Shown one piece after another: positions 18,146-26,552 of a DNA stretch of 64,000 nucleotides. The DNA comes from Arenicellales bacterium (GTDB taxonomy: Bacteria > Pseudomonadota > Gammaproteobacteria > Arenicellales > JAJDZL01), in contig OZ220493.1 of the NCBI GenBank assembly GCA_965116205.1, forward strand, positions 2,485,072 through 2,549,071, read 5' to 3'. Below the pieces are notes generated by a model. That model worked only from the letters and a program-made list of their open reading frames with translations. It ran no database searches and was not told the origin of the DNA. Numbering within the stretch: the first letter of the stretch is position 1; the number at the start of each line of letters is the position of its first letter. Position numbers and translations under genes: made by a program.

Positions 18146-18820
18146 AAAATGTTCTTGTCGTTGCGGCGCATCCCGATGATGAAATTCTAGGTTGTGGTGG
18201 GGCCATGGCCCGCCATGTTGAGCACGGTGATGATGTTCATGTTCTATTTGTTGCGGATGGCGTGAGTTCAAGAGGCGGTGATTTCAGCATTGATGAACAT
18301 CGCCAAATGAGTATTCGCGCCAATGAAGAAGTTGGTACCCATTCACCGCGATTTTTGGATTTCCCAGATAATCAGCTGGATAGCGTTCCTTTGCTTCAAA
18401 TTGTTCAGGGGATAGAGCCCCATATTGAAGATATTTCTCCAAGAATCATCTATACACATTTCTCCGGTGATTTAAATATCGATCACTCCATTGTGAATCG
18501 CGCGGTGATGACAGCCTGCCGACCACAACCGAATTTTCCCGTTCAAGAAATTTACGCATTTGAAGTTCCGTCGAGCACGGGCTGGCTTCCAAATGGGGGG
18601 GGGGGTGAACTCCTTTGAGCCTAATGTCTTTGTTAACATTACAAAAACGTTTTCCAAAAAGTTGGCTGCACTTGAGTTTTATGGAAATGAAATGCGACCA
18701 TTTCCACACAGCAGGAGTTTTGAAGGAGTTGAACATTTAGCCTGTTTTCGCGGTACATCTGTAGGATTGGAGATGGCTGAAGGATTTGTTGCGGAACGCA
18801 TTCTTCAGGTTGACCGTTGA
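18142..18820 (+). pseudogene. PIG-L/LmbE-family deacetylase split by a poly-G frameshift (phase-variation candidate)
   Basis: VVAAHPDDEILGCGG N-terminal motif in ORF 18142-18618. ORF 18560-18820 (FEPNVFVNIT...PHSRS...) continues in the +1-offset frame after the G11 tract. Removing one G gives a 225-aa ORF. Confidence 0.75.
18595..18605 (+). repeat. Homopolymeric G11 tract inside a coding sequence
   Basis: Counted directly: ccaaat GGGGGGGGGGG tgaac. Confidence 0.95.
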
Positions 18821-18835
18821 GAACTGAAAACCTGA

Positions 18836-19438
18836 ATGGAACAACTCAGCAAATGTCATGGAGATGGTCAAAAGATACTGTTTCTAGGCTTTGATCGAAA
18901 TAAAACGAGTTTGATTGATTATTTAATTTCAAAAGGACATGAAGTTTGGCATACCGAAAAAACCATCTCTGCCGTGACTGATTTCCAATTTGTCATCAGT
19001 TTTGGCTATATGCACATGATCACACGTGAAGTGCTTCGAGATCACAAGTGCCTGTTCATCAACTTACATATTTCCTATCTGCCGTTTAACCGAGGATCTA
19101 ATCCAAATTTTTGGGCTTTCTACGATCAAACGCCCAGTGGGGTAACTATTCATAAGATTGATGCTGGAACTGACACCGGTGACATTATTTGTCAAAAGCA
19201 GGTAAAGTTTGATCAAGGGGAAACAACTTTTGTTCAGACCTACAACAGACTGATTATTGAGACCGAAGAATTATTCAAAAATTGGTGGAACTTGATTGCT
19301 ACCCATCAATTTACCGCGACTCCTCAAGATGTAAAAGCGGGTACCTATCATAGAGATTCAGATCTGCCGAAAGAGATATCCACCTGGGACGTAGAGATTA
19401 CCTCAGAAATTAATCGCCTCAGAGAGTTGTTGAGTTAA
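18836..19438 (+). CDS. Sugar N-formyltransferase-like protein (formyl-transferase N-terminal domain only)
   Basis: NLHISYLPFNRGSNPNFWA matches the HxSxLPxxRG formyltransferase motif. 200 aa. Confidence 0.7.
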   Translation: MEQLSKCHGDGQKILFLGFDRNKTSLIDYLISKGHEVWHTEKTISAVTDFQFVISFGYMHMITREVLRDHKCLFINLHISYLPFNRGSNPNFWAFYDQTPSGVTIHKIDAGTDTGDIICQKQVKFDQGETTFVQTYNRLIIETEELFKNWWNLIATHQFTATPQDVKAGTYHRDSDLPKEISTWDVEITSEINRLRELLS

Positions 19439-19522
19439 GAATGAAATGCTAACGCCATACTTGAAATTGAAAATTCGGAAGATTTATCCCAACCTATTCT
19501 CACCTGACATCTACAAATCTCT

Positions 19523-20515
19523 ATGTTACAGAAATCGTCAATCCTGTTAACCGGTGGCACCGGTTCTTTTGGTTCTCGTTTTGTTCCATTAGCACTGGAA
19601 AAATACGATCCTTCCCGTCTGGTCATTTATTCTCGCGATGAAATGAAACAATGGGAGATGTCGAAGGCATTCCAGAATGATCCGCGGGTTAGATTTTTTC
19701 TGGGCGATGTGCGTGATAAAGAACGCCTCTACAGAGCGATGGATGGAGTTGACTATGTAGTTCATGCTGCTGCACTCAAAATCATACCCATCGCTGAGTA
19801 CAATCCGTTTGAATGCATCAAGACCAATATCAATGGCGCGATGAATGTCATTGATGCCTGTCTGGACGTTGGAGTCAAAAGATGCATCGCTCTTTCTACT
19901 GACAAGGCGTCCAGTCCGGTGAATCTCTATGGGGCGACCAAGTTGGCGGCGGAAAAATTGTTTGTCGCCGCCAATGCTTACTCTGGAAACTCCCGTTGTC
20001 GCTTTGCTGTGGTTCGGTACGGAAACGTGATGGGATCGAGGGGGTCGGTGATTCCTTATTTTCTATCATTGGATAAGCAAGGCGAATTACCGATTACGGA
20101 TGTTCGTATGACTCGCTTTATGATCAAACTCGAGCAGGCAGTAGACTTGGTTTTTCATGCTTTTTCTGAGATGGTAGGGGGCGAGATTTACATTCGTAAG
20201 GTGCCATCCATGAATATTATGGACATCGCTAAAGCCTGCGTTCCAAATTCGAAACACAAAATTATTGGTATTCGCCCCGGTGAAAAGTTAAGCGAACAGC
20301 TCGTCGGTGAAGATGAATCAGCCTTTACCTATGAATACGATGAGTATTTCAAGATCATGCCGGCAATCCAAACCTTCTCAGAGCAACCCAAACCCGATGG
20401 TCAATTGGTTGCCAGCGGGTTCAAATACGCGTCAGATTCAAACGATTCATGGATGGAAATTCAAGAACTATCGGAATGGATCGACAACAACCGCGACATC
20501 ATTGGTTACTTCTAA
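19523..20515 (+). CDS. pseB: UDP-N-acetylglucosamine 4,6-dehydratase (inverting), PseB/FlaA1-type
   Basis: LLTGGTGSFG Rossmann motif and YGATKLAAEK (YxxxK). 330 aa, immediately followed by a PseC-type aminotransferase. Confidence 0.85.
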   Translation: MLQKSSILLTGGTGSFGSRFVPLALEKYDPSRLVIYSRDEMKQWEMSKAFQNDPRVRFFLGDVRDKERLYRAMDGVDYVVHAAALKIIPIAEYNPFECIKTNINGAMNVIDACLDVGVKRCIALSTDKASSPVNLYGATKLAAEKLFVAANAYSGNSRCRFAVVRYGNVMGSRGSVIPYFLSLDKQGELPITDVRMTRFMIKLEQAVDLVFHAFSEMVGGEIYIRKVPSMNIMDIAKACVPNSKHKIIGIRPGEKLSEQLVGEDESAFTYEYDEYFKIMPAIQTFSEQPKPDGQLVASGFKYASDSNDSWMEIQELSEWIDNNRDIIGYF

Positions 20516-21670
20516 TTGATTCAATATGCCCGCCAAAACATCACGAAAGGTGATGTTGAAGCAGTCGTTGCGGCACTGAGTTCGAATTTTTTGACACAGG
20601 GTCCGCTGGTGCCTGAATTTGAACAGGCGGTCGCACAACAGGTAGCGGCGAAATATGCCGTTGCAACTAACTCGGCAACCTCTGCGCTACACACAGCCTG
20701 TTTAGCTCTAGGACTGTGTTCTGATGATTTACTTTGGACCGTTCCCAATTCGTTTGTGGCATCGGCAAATTGTGGATTACTTTGTGGGGCTGAAGTAGAT
20801 TTTGTTGATATTGATTCAACAAGTTACTGTATGGACGTAGATGCATTAGCCAGCAAATTAAAAACAGCTGAACTGGCCGGACGACTACCCAAGGTCTTAG
20901 TCGTTGTACATTACGCCGGGCATAGTGCAGAGATGCTGTCGATTAGAAAACTCGCCAATCAATATGGAATCCATGTCATTGAAGATGCTGCCCACGCTAT
21001 AGGTGGTAGTTATCGGGGAAAGTTGATTGGCTCCTGCGAATTTAGCGATGTTACTGTTTTCAGTTTTCATCCGGTCAAAATCATGACGACAGCCGAAGGC
21101 GGAATGGCTGTTACCAACGATGCGCAAATTGCTTCACGTATGGCGAGACTCCGAACTCATGGAGTGACCCGAAATCAGGCTGAAATGCAGAACAAAAATC
21201 CTCATCCATGGGAATTTGAGCAACTCGAACTTGGCTTGAATTATCGAATGACTGAGTTGCAGGCGGCGTTGGGAATATCGCAATTGGGGCGGCTTGATGC
21301 TTTTGTATCTCGTCGTCGTCAACTGGCTCATCAATATGACGCACAACTTCGTAAATTACCTTTAATTCTACCTAATCTACAATCATCGAATGAGTGTGCT
21401 TGGCATCTGTATCCAGTGTTGATCGACTCAAGGCAGACGACATTGACACGGGAACAGGTCTATTATTCACTGCTGGACAGAGGAATCAAATCAAACGTAC
21501 ATTTCATTCCCATCCATACGCAACCATACTTTAAGGAAATGGGCTTCGCAGTCGGCGACTTTCCAGTGTCCGAGTGGTTTTATGCCCATGAACTCAGTTT
21601 ACCGATGTATTATGATTTGACTGATTCAGAGCAACAGAGCGTGATAGATGCGATGTTTGCAGTGTTTTGA
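20516..21670 (+). CDS. pseC: UDP-4-amino-4,6-dideoxy-N-acetyl-beta-L-altrosamine transaminase-like (DegT/PseC family); TTG start
   Basis: The N-terminus IQYARQNITKGDVEAVVAALSSNFLTQGPLVPEFE is PseC-like. SFHPVKIMTTAEGG carries the PLP-lysine context. Confidence 0.8.
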   Translation: MIQYARQNITKGDVEAVVAALSSNFLTQGPLVPEFEQAVAQQVAAKYAVATNSATSALHTACLALGLCSDDLLWTVPNSFVASANCGLLCGAEVDFVDIDSTSYCMDVDALASKLKTAELAGRLPKVLVVVHYAGHSAEMLSIRKLANQYGIHVIEDAAHAIGGSYRGKLIGSCEFSDVTVFSFHPVKIMTTAEGGMAVTNDAQIASRMARLRTHGVTRNQAEMQNKNPHPWEFEQLELGLNYRMTELQAALGISQLGRLDAFVSRRRQLAHQYDAQLRKLPLILPNLQSSNECAWHLYPVLIDSRQTTLTREQVYYSLLDRGIKSNVHFIPIHTQPYFKEMGFAVGDFPVSEWFYAHELSLPMYYDLTDSEQQSVIDAMFAVF

Positions 21671-21740
21671 ATCTCTTGGTTTATTTCCATCCGTTCAGGA
21701 AATGGATTTCGCAATGATAACTGACCCAATGTCGATGAAA

Positions 21741-23237
21741 CTATGATGAGAAGGTCGTACTGATTCTGTTTTGAATCAAATCAACAATGGTATTGGCGAC
21801 TCGTTTGGCATTTTTTTCTAGATCGTGTTTGCCACCGGACCTCCGTCTTTTCAGTGGTTGAATACGGCCGCCATGGGCACGGGCAAAAAGTTGACGGACT
21901 GCTTGTTGCAGATGCTCTGGATCAATCTTGAAATCACAGATACGGTCATAAGTGAGGTCATCTTGATACTTGAATATTCCCGGTAAATTCAGATACCAAG
22001 GCGATCCAAAAATCAGTGCTTTTTTGCCATTGCAGATGGCTTCCCAAGCTGCAGTTCCGGTAATCGCCGCAACAAACTGAGCGTGTTCAATCAATTGGTG
22101 GGTATTGGCATAAGAGGGTACCCAACGAATGTTGCTCAGGTGACTGAGTCGATGAAAAAATTGCGCACCACGCATACACCCACCTTGCTTTGGATTTTCC
22201 TTGAGATAAATCAGACAGTCATCAGGCAGCAATTGACACAGTTGCTCCAATGCCAGAATCTGGTCGGCATAAATGCCTCCAAGTGTGGAGGTTGTCATTT
22301 CAGGTTGGAGCTGTAGCGGAAAATAGACGAATTTACAGTGGAAATCAATCTCAGTCGTTTCGAATTGTAGCAGTGTTTCAAAGTAATCCAGATGACGGAT
22401 ATCAAAATACCTGGAGAATGGATACCGCCATTTAGGCAACAAAGATGCAATACGACTCATTCGCCGCAGAAAATTGGCCAAGTGAAAAGGTTGTAATAGG
22501 GTTGCTGGCCGTACCGTAAGTAAATGTACCAATAGCATCAGTATCCCCAGTCCATTGAGTTTTCCCAATTTGCCTTGCTGCTGCTCCGTACCTTTCATGT
22601 AATCCCATTCTAGTGTTTCGGTCAATTCGGCGAACCGATGATCATCTTGCAGAGTGGGAGTTGGTGACCATTTTCCATAATCATTGATATCACGAAGGGA
22701 AAAAAAGTACTCGGGGTATATCGTTGGTGAGAGCATTAAGGTATTGATTTGTCGAGACTTCGCGATCTGGTAGGCCAAGGTGTCTACGAACAAGTGCGGA
22801 AGCTCGAAAAACAGTATCAAATCAATTCTTTGCTGTGTCAAATAATGAGCAATAAGATCGGTGATGATGCGATAGTAGTGCTTCTCATCCATAATGGAAT
22901 TCAGTTCATGATGCCGCCAGACAAAACTAGCAGATTTCCGTTCTAAGTGGTCTAGAGCCATGAGTGTCGCTGCATTTGATTGTGCGCTCAACAGCAGTTC
23001 TAATCCATGACCAGAAAACTGATCATTTTGCAAGATTTCTGCGATAGCTCCTGATCTTTTTTCCATTCTTACCAAGTTGGTTAAACCGATATCCTGTTGG
23101 TTGCCGACCACGATCAATCTTGATGTAGAGGGTAACAGACAGTTCAGCTGACGGACTATGGCTTGCATGAGAATGTCAGCCGCGCCAAAGACTAAGATAG
23201 TTTGTGGAGTCAAGTTGAGTTGGGTAGTTTGCGTCAT
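21741..23237 (-). CDS. Capsule-polysaccharide-biosynthesis-family protein (KpsS/KpsC/LpsZ-like), paralogue 1
   Basis: 498 aa. YFPLQLQPEMTTS motif and C-terminal ...VAAITGTAAWEAICNGKKALIFG. Family assignment is from memory and unverified. Confidence 0.55.
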   Translation of the reverse strand: MTQTTQLNLTPQTILVFGAADILMQAIVRQLNCLLPSTSRLIVVGNQQDIGLTNLVRMEKRSGAIAEILQNDQFSGHGLELLLSAQSNAATLMALDHLERKSASFVWRHHELNSIMDEKHYYRIITDLIAHYLTQQRIDLILFFELPHLFVDTLAYQIAKSRQINTLMLSPTIYPEYFFSLRDINDYGKWSPTPTLQDDHRFAELTETLEWDYMKGTEQQQGKLGKLNGLGILMLLVHLLTVRPATLLQPFHLANFLRRMSRIASLLPKWRYPFSRYFDIRHLDYFETLLQFETTEIDFHCKFVYFPLQLQPEMTTSTLGGIYADQILALEQLCQLLPDDCLIYLKENPKQGGCMRGAQFFHRLSHLSNIRWVPSYANTHQLIEHAQFVAAITGTAAWEAICNGKKALIFGSPWYLNLPGIFKYQDDLTYDRICDFKIDPEHLQQAVRQLFARAHGGRIQPLKRRRSGGKHDLEKNAKRVANTIVDLIQNRISTTFSS

Positions 23238-23281
23238 CTACTTGGAGATGAGGAATGCCTGGTTACGAGAATTTTGCCCAT

Positions 23282-24766
23282 TTAGAGACTCGTCTGCGAG
23301 GAGGCCATTCGCTCTGATGAGCGAAAGCTGGTATCCGCGCGGTTGAAAATGAGCTTGATTATTTGGTTGGCAACGATTTCTGCGTTTTTTTCAATGCCAA
23401 TGGCATGAGTCTGCGCTGATGATTGCATGTCATCTGGGTGAAGATTACCATCATGTGATTTCGAGAATAGAATATTAATTTGATCATTAACTTCTAGATT
23501 AGTGAAATGAGATTCAACAACTTCTTCATAAGAAAGTTCATTTTTAAAGATGTGGACTCCAGGAAATTTCCAGTACCAAGGTTTGCCAAAAACGAGTACT
23601 TTTTTATCCAAATTGAGCGCATTCCACCCCAGTTGACTGTTCACAGTGGCAAATATTTCACAATTCTCCAGGAGTTGTTGAGTGTTCATGCAACGAGGTA
23701 TATGGACTACGTTTGAGATTCGTCTGAGCCGATGGAAAAACATCGGAGTCAGGTAGTCTGAGTGTTCGACATCGCTATCCTTAACCATGATCTTGTAATG
23801 GCTTGGAATGAATCTCGACAGTTGTTCAATGGCGAGTAATTGGTCCGAAAATTGATTGAGCAATATTTCCGAGTAGAGTTCTCTTAACGGCTGTAAAGGA
23901 AAATAAACGTACTTGTGCTGTAGCTGAGATGTGATATCACAATCTTGAGTGATAAATTCAAAATAAGCATGTTTTTTTTGAAAGAAGAACTTGGCAAATG
24001 GATCACGCCAGTCGTTTCTGTTGGGTGGTGCGTCATGTAAGTGTCTTGCCCGGCTCAGGACAAAGACCGGGTCAAACAACTTGATTGATCGAATCTCCAA
24101 GAGAAACAACACGACTTTGATGGCATTTGCGAGCGTTAATCGGCTGGTTGATTTCTGCTGAGTCATATCCGCCGGTATGGTGTTGCCTTTCAAATGAGAA
24201 ATTTCTTGTTTTGTTACCTCGACAAAGGTTTCATAGTCACCGAAGTCATGCAATGACCGCAATGAAAAAAAACGTTTTGGAAAAATAGCGGGAGTCAGTA
24301 TCAGGGTTTCTATTCGTAGTGCTTTCGCCACTTGGTATAACAGAAGGTCGACTAATGCAGTGGGCCAATTGAAGAATACGATCAAGTCAATTTTCTGTTC
24401 CACCAAGTGATTCTGCAGTAGATTCCATAGCATCTGATTAGCATGTAGATTGTCGTGGAACAGGAGAATATTCCCATCTTTGCCGCGCTCATATTCTTGA
24501 ACCAAGGCGTTTGCCAATTGACTGCCCGGGTCGGTGTTGAAAGTGAGCGGGTAATTGCAGTGGGAAGGTTCCACAACACTTGAATAATGAGAATAGTTGT
24601 GATGCGGATAAGTGGAATCATAGATTTTTTCAATCGCCAAGTCACTTTGATCAAATACCAGCACTTGGGCAGAATGATGCAGTGATTCCTTTTTCAACTG
24701 CCGCAATATTTCCGCATTGTCGTCAGATTTCCCGACGATGAGAATGCGCGGAGCTGTTTTTTTCAT
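23282..24766 (-). CDS. Capsule-polysaccharide-biosynthesis-family protein, paralogue 2 (most divergent); start probably at 24766
   Basis: YFPLQPLRELYSE motif. Alignment with paralogues 1 and 3 starts at MKKTAPRILIVGK. The ORF track extends it to 24874. Confidence 0.55.
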   Translation of the reverse strand: MKKTAPRILIVGKSDDNAEILRQLKKESLHHSAQVLVFDQSDLAIEKIYDSTYPHHNYSHYSSVVEPSHCNYPLTFNTDPGSQLANALVQEYERGKDGNILLFHDNLHANQMLWNLLQNHLVEQKIDLIVFFNWPTALVDLLLYQVAKALRIETLILTPAIFPKRFFSLRSLHDFGDYETFVEVTKQEISHLKGNTIPADMTQQKSTSRLTLANAIKVVLFLLEIRSIKLFDPVFVLSRARHLHDAPPNRNDWRDPFAKFFFQKKHAYFEFITQDCDITSQLQHKYVYFPLQPLRELYSEILLNQFSDQLLAIEQLSRFIPSHYKIMVKDSDVEHSDYLTPMFFHRLRRISNVVHIPRCMNTQQLLENCEIFATVNSQLGWNALNLDKKVLVFGKPWYWKFPGVHIFKNELSYEEVVESHFTNLEVNDQINILFSKSHDGNLHPDDMQSSAQTHAIGIEKNAEIVANQIIKLIFNRADTSFRSSERMASSQTSL

Positions 24767-24874
24767 ATTGAGAAAATACCAATCTTTTCCAAGAGTTGAA
24801 TCAGCAGATAAAACAACGAGTGACTTGACTAATCGAGCTATCCAATTGGCAAGGTTAACGAGAAAATAGCTCAA

Positions 24875-26386
24875 TTACCCTTCATTGTTCAAAAATGTCG
24901 GCTCAACTTTATGTTCAATCAGGTCCAGTATGGTTCGCGCGACGGTTTTTGCATTGGCGACTAGTGCAATTGCATGGTCTTGATCTTTCTGTTTTGCAAT
25001 ATACAACGCGCCTTCGTGAGTGCGAGACAACAATAGTCCAGCCTTTTGTTCTAACTCGGCATGGTTGATCTCAGAAGAAATAATTTCGTCATAAGTCATG
25101 CCATAACGAAATGGAATGGCACCGTCTAAATCTCGATACCAAGGATTGCCAAAGAAAAGAACCGCCTTGCCTTTGCAAATCGCTTCCCAACCGACTGTTC
25201 CGGTAACGGTGGCTACAAATTGTGAGTGGTCGAGCAATTCCTGCGTGTTGGCATAGGAAGGGACCAATCGCACCTGACGAATGCGAAACAGTCGGTTGAA
25301 GAACTGTGCACCCCGCATCGCGCCGGTTTGTTTGGGATTTTCCTTTACGAAAATTAAGCAGTCAGCGGGAATTATCTCCGCGAGTTTCTCAATGGCCAGC
25401 AACTGATCATAATAGTCTCCACCGATTGTCGATGTAGATAATTCCGGTTGTAGATGTAAAGGAAAATAAACGAACTTACAGTGCCAATCAATTTCAGACT
25501 TTTCAAAATCCAGTAGTGTTTCGAAATATGCGAGATGACGGATATGGAAAAATTTCGCAAATGGGTAACGCCACTTGGGAAGGGTGCTTGCTATGTGCCG
25601 CATTCGATTGATGCAATTAACCAAATATCGAGGATTAAATAGTTTGACCGGCGTAGAAGTTAACAGGTGACAGAACAGCGCGATGATGCCGCGTCCATCC
25701 AAAGAACCCAGTTGGCCCTGATACTGCTTAACACTAGACATATATCCCCACTCAATGGTTAGATTTTTGTCAATGGTGAGTGGCGCCACTGGTGGCTGAT
25801 CCGAATGTTCTCGTAGGCGGCCAAATTGGTCAAGGTCTCGAAGTGAAAAAAAGCGATTGATAAAAGGTGAAAAAGTGAGGATGATGGTTTGAATGCGCTT
25901 GGCTTTGGCAATGTGATAGGCGATGGTATCGTAGTAAAGGTGAGGAATATCGAAGAACAATACGACATTGATATGGTTACGTACCATATGGTCAGCCATG
26001 ATATCCACTACCAAATGGTAGTATTGCACCGCATCGTAGAACGTGTTGAGGTTGTTGTGTGACCACGCAAAGTTTTCCGTTCTTCGCTGTAGATGATCCA
26101 GACCCATCAGCACGGCTTCACTCAGCGCTTTGCTGTTCACCCAGTGTAACTCTCCCCCGGAGTACATTGAATCTTTTATGTTCAGACTTTTTTTTGTTTT
26201 TCGACGTTTAATCCGAGTTAACCCACTCATCACAATGTCAGCACCTCGTTTTCCAGCAACGTCAAATTGCGCTGATTTGGGCAGTTGATTTCTTAACTGC
26301 GAAACGATGGTTTGTAGCGTTTCATTGCTAGTACTGAATGCCAGAATGCACAATGCTCCGTCAGTCAACTCTGTTGTCGATTGCAT
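24875..26386 (-). CDS. Capsule-polysaccharide-biosynthesis-family protein, paralogue 3
   Basis: 503 aa with YFPLHLQPELSTS motif. It is collinear with paralogue 1 along its whole length. Confidence 0.55.
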   Translation of the reverse strand: MQSTTELTDGALCILAFSTSNETLQTIVSQLRNQLPKSAQFDVAGKRGADIVMSGLTRIKRRKTKKSLNIKDSMYSGGELHWVNSKALSEAVLMGLDHLQRRTENFAWSHNNLNTFYDAVQYYHLVVDIMADHMVRNHINVVLFFDIPHLYYDTIAYHIAKAKRIQTIILTFSPFINRFFSLRDLDQFGRLREHSDQPPVAPLTIDKNLTIEWGYMSSVKQYQGQLGSLDGRGIIALFCHLLTSTPVKLFNPRYLVNCINRMRHIASTLPKWRYPFAKFFHIRHLAYFETLLDFEKSEIDWHCKFVYFPLHLQPELSTSTIGGDYYDQLLAIEKLAEIIPADCLIFVKENPKQTGAMRGAQFFNRLFRIRQVRLVPSYANTQELLDHSQFVATVTGTVGWEAICKGKAVLFFGNPWYRDLDGAIPFRYGMTYDEIISSEINHAELEQKAGLLLSRTHEGALYIAKQKDQDHAIALVANAKTVARTILDLIEHKVEPTFLNNEG

Positions 26387-26552
26387 TTACGATACTTGTT
26401 TAGTTCTATTGCATGGCCACGCAGATCATTAACATCGGTCTGCAATCCGACCTGATCGCGCTGCCGGCTACTGATTTATAATTGATTGCAACTAAATCTC
26501 CAATGAGAACCTATCTCGCCTCTCGCCTTGAAACACCAAATGCTCAAGGCCA

